This document shows positions 61,234-64,000 of a stretch of 64,000 nt of DNA, piece by piece. The DNA comes from Cyanophora paradoxa CCMP329 (taxonomy: Eukaryota > Plantae > Glaucophyta), in NCBI GenBank assembly GCA_004431415.1, contig QPMI01000395.1, positions 124,001 through 188,000 on the forward strand, written 5' to 3'. The first letter of the stretch is position 1, and every line of letters starts with the position of its first letter. The position numbers were made by a program, and so were the translations under genes. Under the pieces are notes generated by a model. That model did no database searches. It saw nothing but the letters and a program-made list of their open reading frames with translations, and had not been told where the DNA came from.

Positions 61234-61709
61234 ATGGGAGCCGCTTCTTCAAGTGCGTGCCCGCCCTCCGATCCGCTCCGTTGCAGTTGCCGCATTCTCA
61301 CAAGGCACGCGCATCCGATGATCAAACATCAGACGTCCGGTGTTGGTCGACGGACAACTGTTCCGGGCCATCGATATCCACTCACGCCGACTCCTCCTGG
61401 AGTGCACTTGCATTCTGCAGAAACAACGCCAAAAGTTCCTATACTTTTGAAGGCGGCAGCTGTCAGCAGGTGCATTACGGACGATTCTTCCAGCTCGACG
61501 ACGAGACGCATGCGCATGCCGCTGAAGACGATCTCGCCGCCGTGCGCGCGCCGGCGCCGCTTCCGCCCCGAGCACTCGCATACTTCCGCTGACGCCCGCT
61601 CGTTTGGCGCCTCGCGTAGGTCGAGGAGGAGCTCGAGGCGGACGCGCAGGAGGCGTCCCTCGCCGAGGCCACCGCCGTCGACGTCGACGAGTGTCTCCTC
61701 GTCGCCTAA
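61234..61709 (+). CDS. Small acidic protein with possible N-myristoylation motif
   Basis: ATG GGA GCC GCT TCT TCA (MGAASS) followed by a GTGCGT donor; later exons ..HYGRFFQLDDE..AEDDLAA|VEEELEADAQEASLAEATAVDVDECLLVA*. Middle exons are unresolved. Confidence 0.4.
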
Positions 61710-62503
61710 GACGGATCGGGCTTCCGCGCATGTGAAATCGATCGCGAGTCTCTCGTGAATTCAAGGATTGGCCTTGCAGGAAGGGTTCAATGACTTTCGC
61801 CTCGTTTTCGCGGGGAGTGCAGGTGGGGAGGCCCTTTCAAATTTGGGCCCGTGGGGGTGGGGGGGATGGGGTCTGGTGTCACAGCATGCATGCGCAGTGT
61901 CAAGGGACCGAAGTGTGTCCGGTTGGGTGCGCCAGAGAGTGTACGAGCAAGGATCTGCATGCGCAGGAGAGTGCATGCGATGGTTCATTTCAATAATTTG
62001 CTGCTCAGCGGCTGTTTCCCTACTTCCCCTAGGCCTGCAGCTTCTTCCGAAGTTCGGCCTTTTTTTTTTACGTAATCCTGTAGTGTATTAGCCTATAGCT
62101 AGTAGGGGACGGAGCCCCGACTACACAACAGCTACTGCTATTACAGTGCCGCAGTGCCATCGTACTACCCTAGGCCTAAGCCTACCAAAAAACACAACAC
62201 GCTAGTCTACTTCCCCACTTGTGGGCCTCCGACTAGACGAACCCCTAGGGATAACCCTACGCTAGCGCTGACCCAAGCTTAGCTCTCAAACTACGTGAGC
62301 AGCCCCGGGAAATCCGGAGCCTCCTCGGCACCGCCGAGGCAGGTATACGTAGGTCGAGCTCTCGAGGGGGGAGGGAGCTGGGGCTGGGAGGCCTAGGAGG
62401 CTGCCCGCACACGCGTGGAGCAGCGGGGGGCCCGTCCGAGGACGTCGACGTCGACGTCGACGTCGACGTACCCCCGGGGCCCGTCTGCAGACGGGCCCGG
62501 AGG

Positions 62504-62811
62504 ACACATATACAACGCCCGGCTTTTAGACCTCGGCTAATTTAAATTGATATCGTTAGTATATAACCTGTATTTATAATAGATCTATCGTGAATATGTG
62601 TGTGTTTTATCTGTTATATGTATTTATTTTATCGTGAGTTATAGCTTCTTTTTAATAAAATATGTGAAATATGTATAGTTTATGTGAAGTTTAGCTATAT
62701 TCTCGATGAGTAGACTTATATATATCGTGAGTTTCATTATAGTATAGGTGTGACTCAACTTAGTTTAATTATAACTTGCCTCAGTCTAAAAGCCGGGCGT
62801 TGTATATGTGT
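62504..62811. mobile_element. AT-rich element with perfect 28-bp inverted repeats
   Basis: ACACATATACAACGCCCGGCTTTTAGAC (62504-62531) / GTCTAAAAGCCGGGCGTTGTATATGTGT (62784-62811); no TSD seen. Confidence 0.75.
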
Positions 62812-62974
62812 GTTGTTCTGAATTTTCAATGCATAAGCGACGATCATGCGTCGTTTCATCAAAAACAACTACCATGAGCTGCATGGAACGTTCTGTATGC
62901 GGCTCTCTATAAAACAAAGTAGATCTATGATATATTATGATTGATTCTTTTGTATTTTAATTGGTCTTATTCAG

Positions 62975-64000
62975 TGTTACAGGTGTTACAGGTTTATCCC
63001 AAAGTCCGCCCTAGGAGTGGGGTCTTGGTTCCCGAGTTTGGGCAAGACCTGTAACACCTGTAACAACGTAAACAATTATCGTGTGCTGCATAAAACATTT
63101 CGCGCGCATCGAAAATATGTGATAGTGAATAGTTTCGCACTGAAAACGATACGAAATTGATCGTTATAATACAAAAATAATTACTACTGATATTATTATG
63201 ATATACTAAGACTGATATTTTGTTGTTTTAATAGGTTCTTACTGAATTAGGTCAGTGTTACAGGTGTTACAGGTTCATCCCAAACTTTGCCCTAGGAGGG
63301 GTGGGGATAGGAAACTTTGGATAGACCTGTAACACCTGTAACACCTTACTGATTAGCACGTAAATGCATGAGTTTCGCATCGAGATCGTGCGGCTACACA
63401 TAGAAACTACGCAATTTACCGCAACTACTCAAAGAAACTACGCAATTTAATACCGGAACTACTGAAAAGATACCAAAACTACGCAACTACGCAACTTTCA
63501 GAAAAAGTTTGAAACTCGGGCTGGAAAAATTTAGAAAAGTGTAAAACTTGCGTAGTTGCGTAGTTTTGGTTTCGTTTGCGTAGTTTTGGTTTCGAATTGC
63601 GTAGTTTTTCATGGTAAGATGAGTAGTTTCAAGTAGTTTATATATTATAAAGTAGTTTCTTATTAATATCAATATGATTCTATGATATATACCATGCTTT
63701 CTCTACTGAAAAGAGCGCCGGCATACTACAAGGGAAGCTACGCGATAGTTTCGCACTGAAACACGACCGTTTTATAGGCTACGCAATAGTCTCGCACTGA
63801 GAAGCATGCGGGCAATCGGAGACTACGCAATTTAACGTAACTACGCATGAAAACTACGCAATCTGATCGCTTTTAATACCGAAAACTACACATTTAATAC
63901 CAAAACTACGCAACTACGCAACTTTCTGAAAAAGTTTAGAAGTTGGCGGGGAAAAAAATTAGAGAAGTGAAAAACTTGCGTAGTTGCGTAGTTTTGGTAT
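62975..64000. repeat. Array of four hairpin modules with iterated arms in AT-rich DNA
   Basis: (TGTTACAGG)2..(CCTGTAACA)2 at 62975-63065 and 63256-63343; (ACTACGCA)2..(TGCGTAGT)2 at 63472-63570 and 63897-64000. Confidence 0.9.

Noticed and set aside
1-64000. tRNA or rRNA genes
   Set aside because: No cloverleaf or rRNA signature was recognised by eye; a tRNAscan/Infernal run would be needed to exclude them.

Overview
Eukaryotic, GC-rich nuclear DNA with very intron-dense genes, so most long six-frame ORFs are shadow ORFs and the genes were reassembled by hand from exons. An MAAF-starting plastid transit peptide and a cyanobacterial-type hybrid kinase suggest a glaucophyte (Cyanophora-like) alga; this is inference. 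Genes: Tic55/PAO-type Rieske protein (partial), STAT/CudA-like DNA-binding protein, multi-GAF hybrid histidine kinase, WD40-WSC fragment, giant Kelch/(SP)n/Ig-PKD/TRP-like membrane protein, GAF-TKL pseudokinase, RPA70N-only coiled-coil protein, F-box-LRR-ankyrin protein, and a small MGxxxS protein. Intergenic DNA holds hAT, TA-target and CAC..GTG MITEs, a polyA retroposon with a 13-bp TSD, a probable solo LTR, an 870-bp duplication and an AT-rich hairpin array. The strongest novel signal is a stereotyped micro-insertion, NNN-(C)-revcomp(NNN)-(G)-NNN, that saturates the DNA. Paralogue comparisons inside the window show it is a 6-8 nt insertion, best explained as hairpin-type transposon excision footprints. 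GC-AG introns and 6-8 nt micro-exons are also unusually common.
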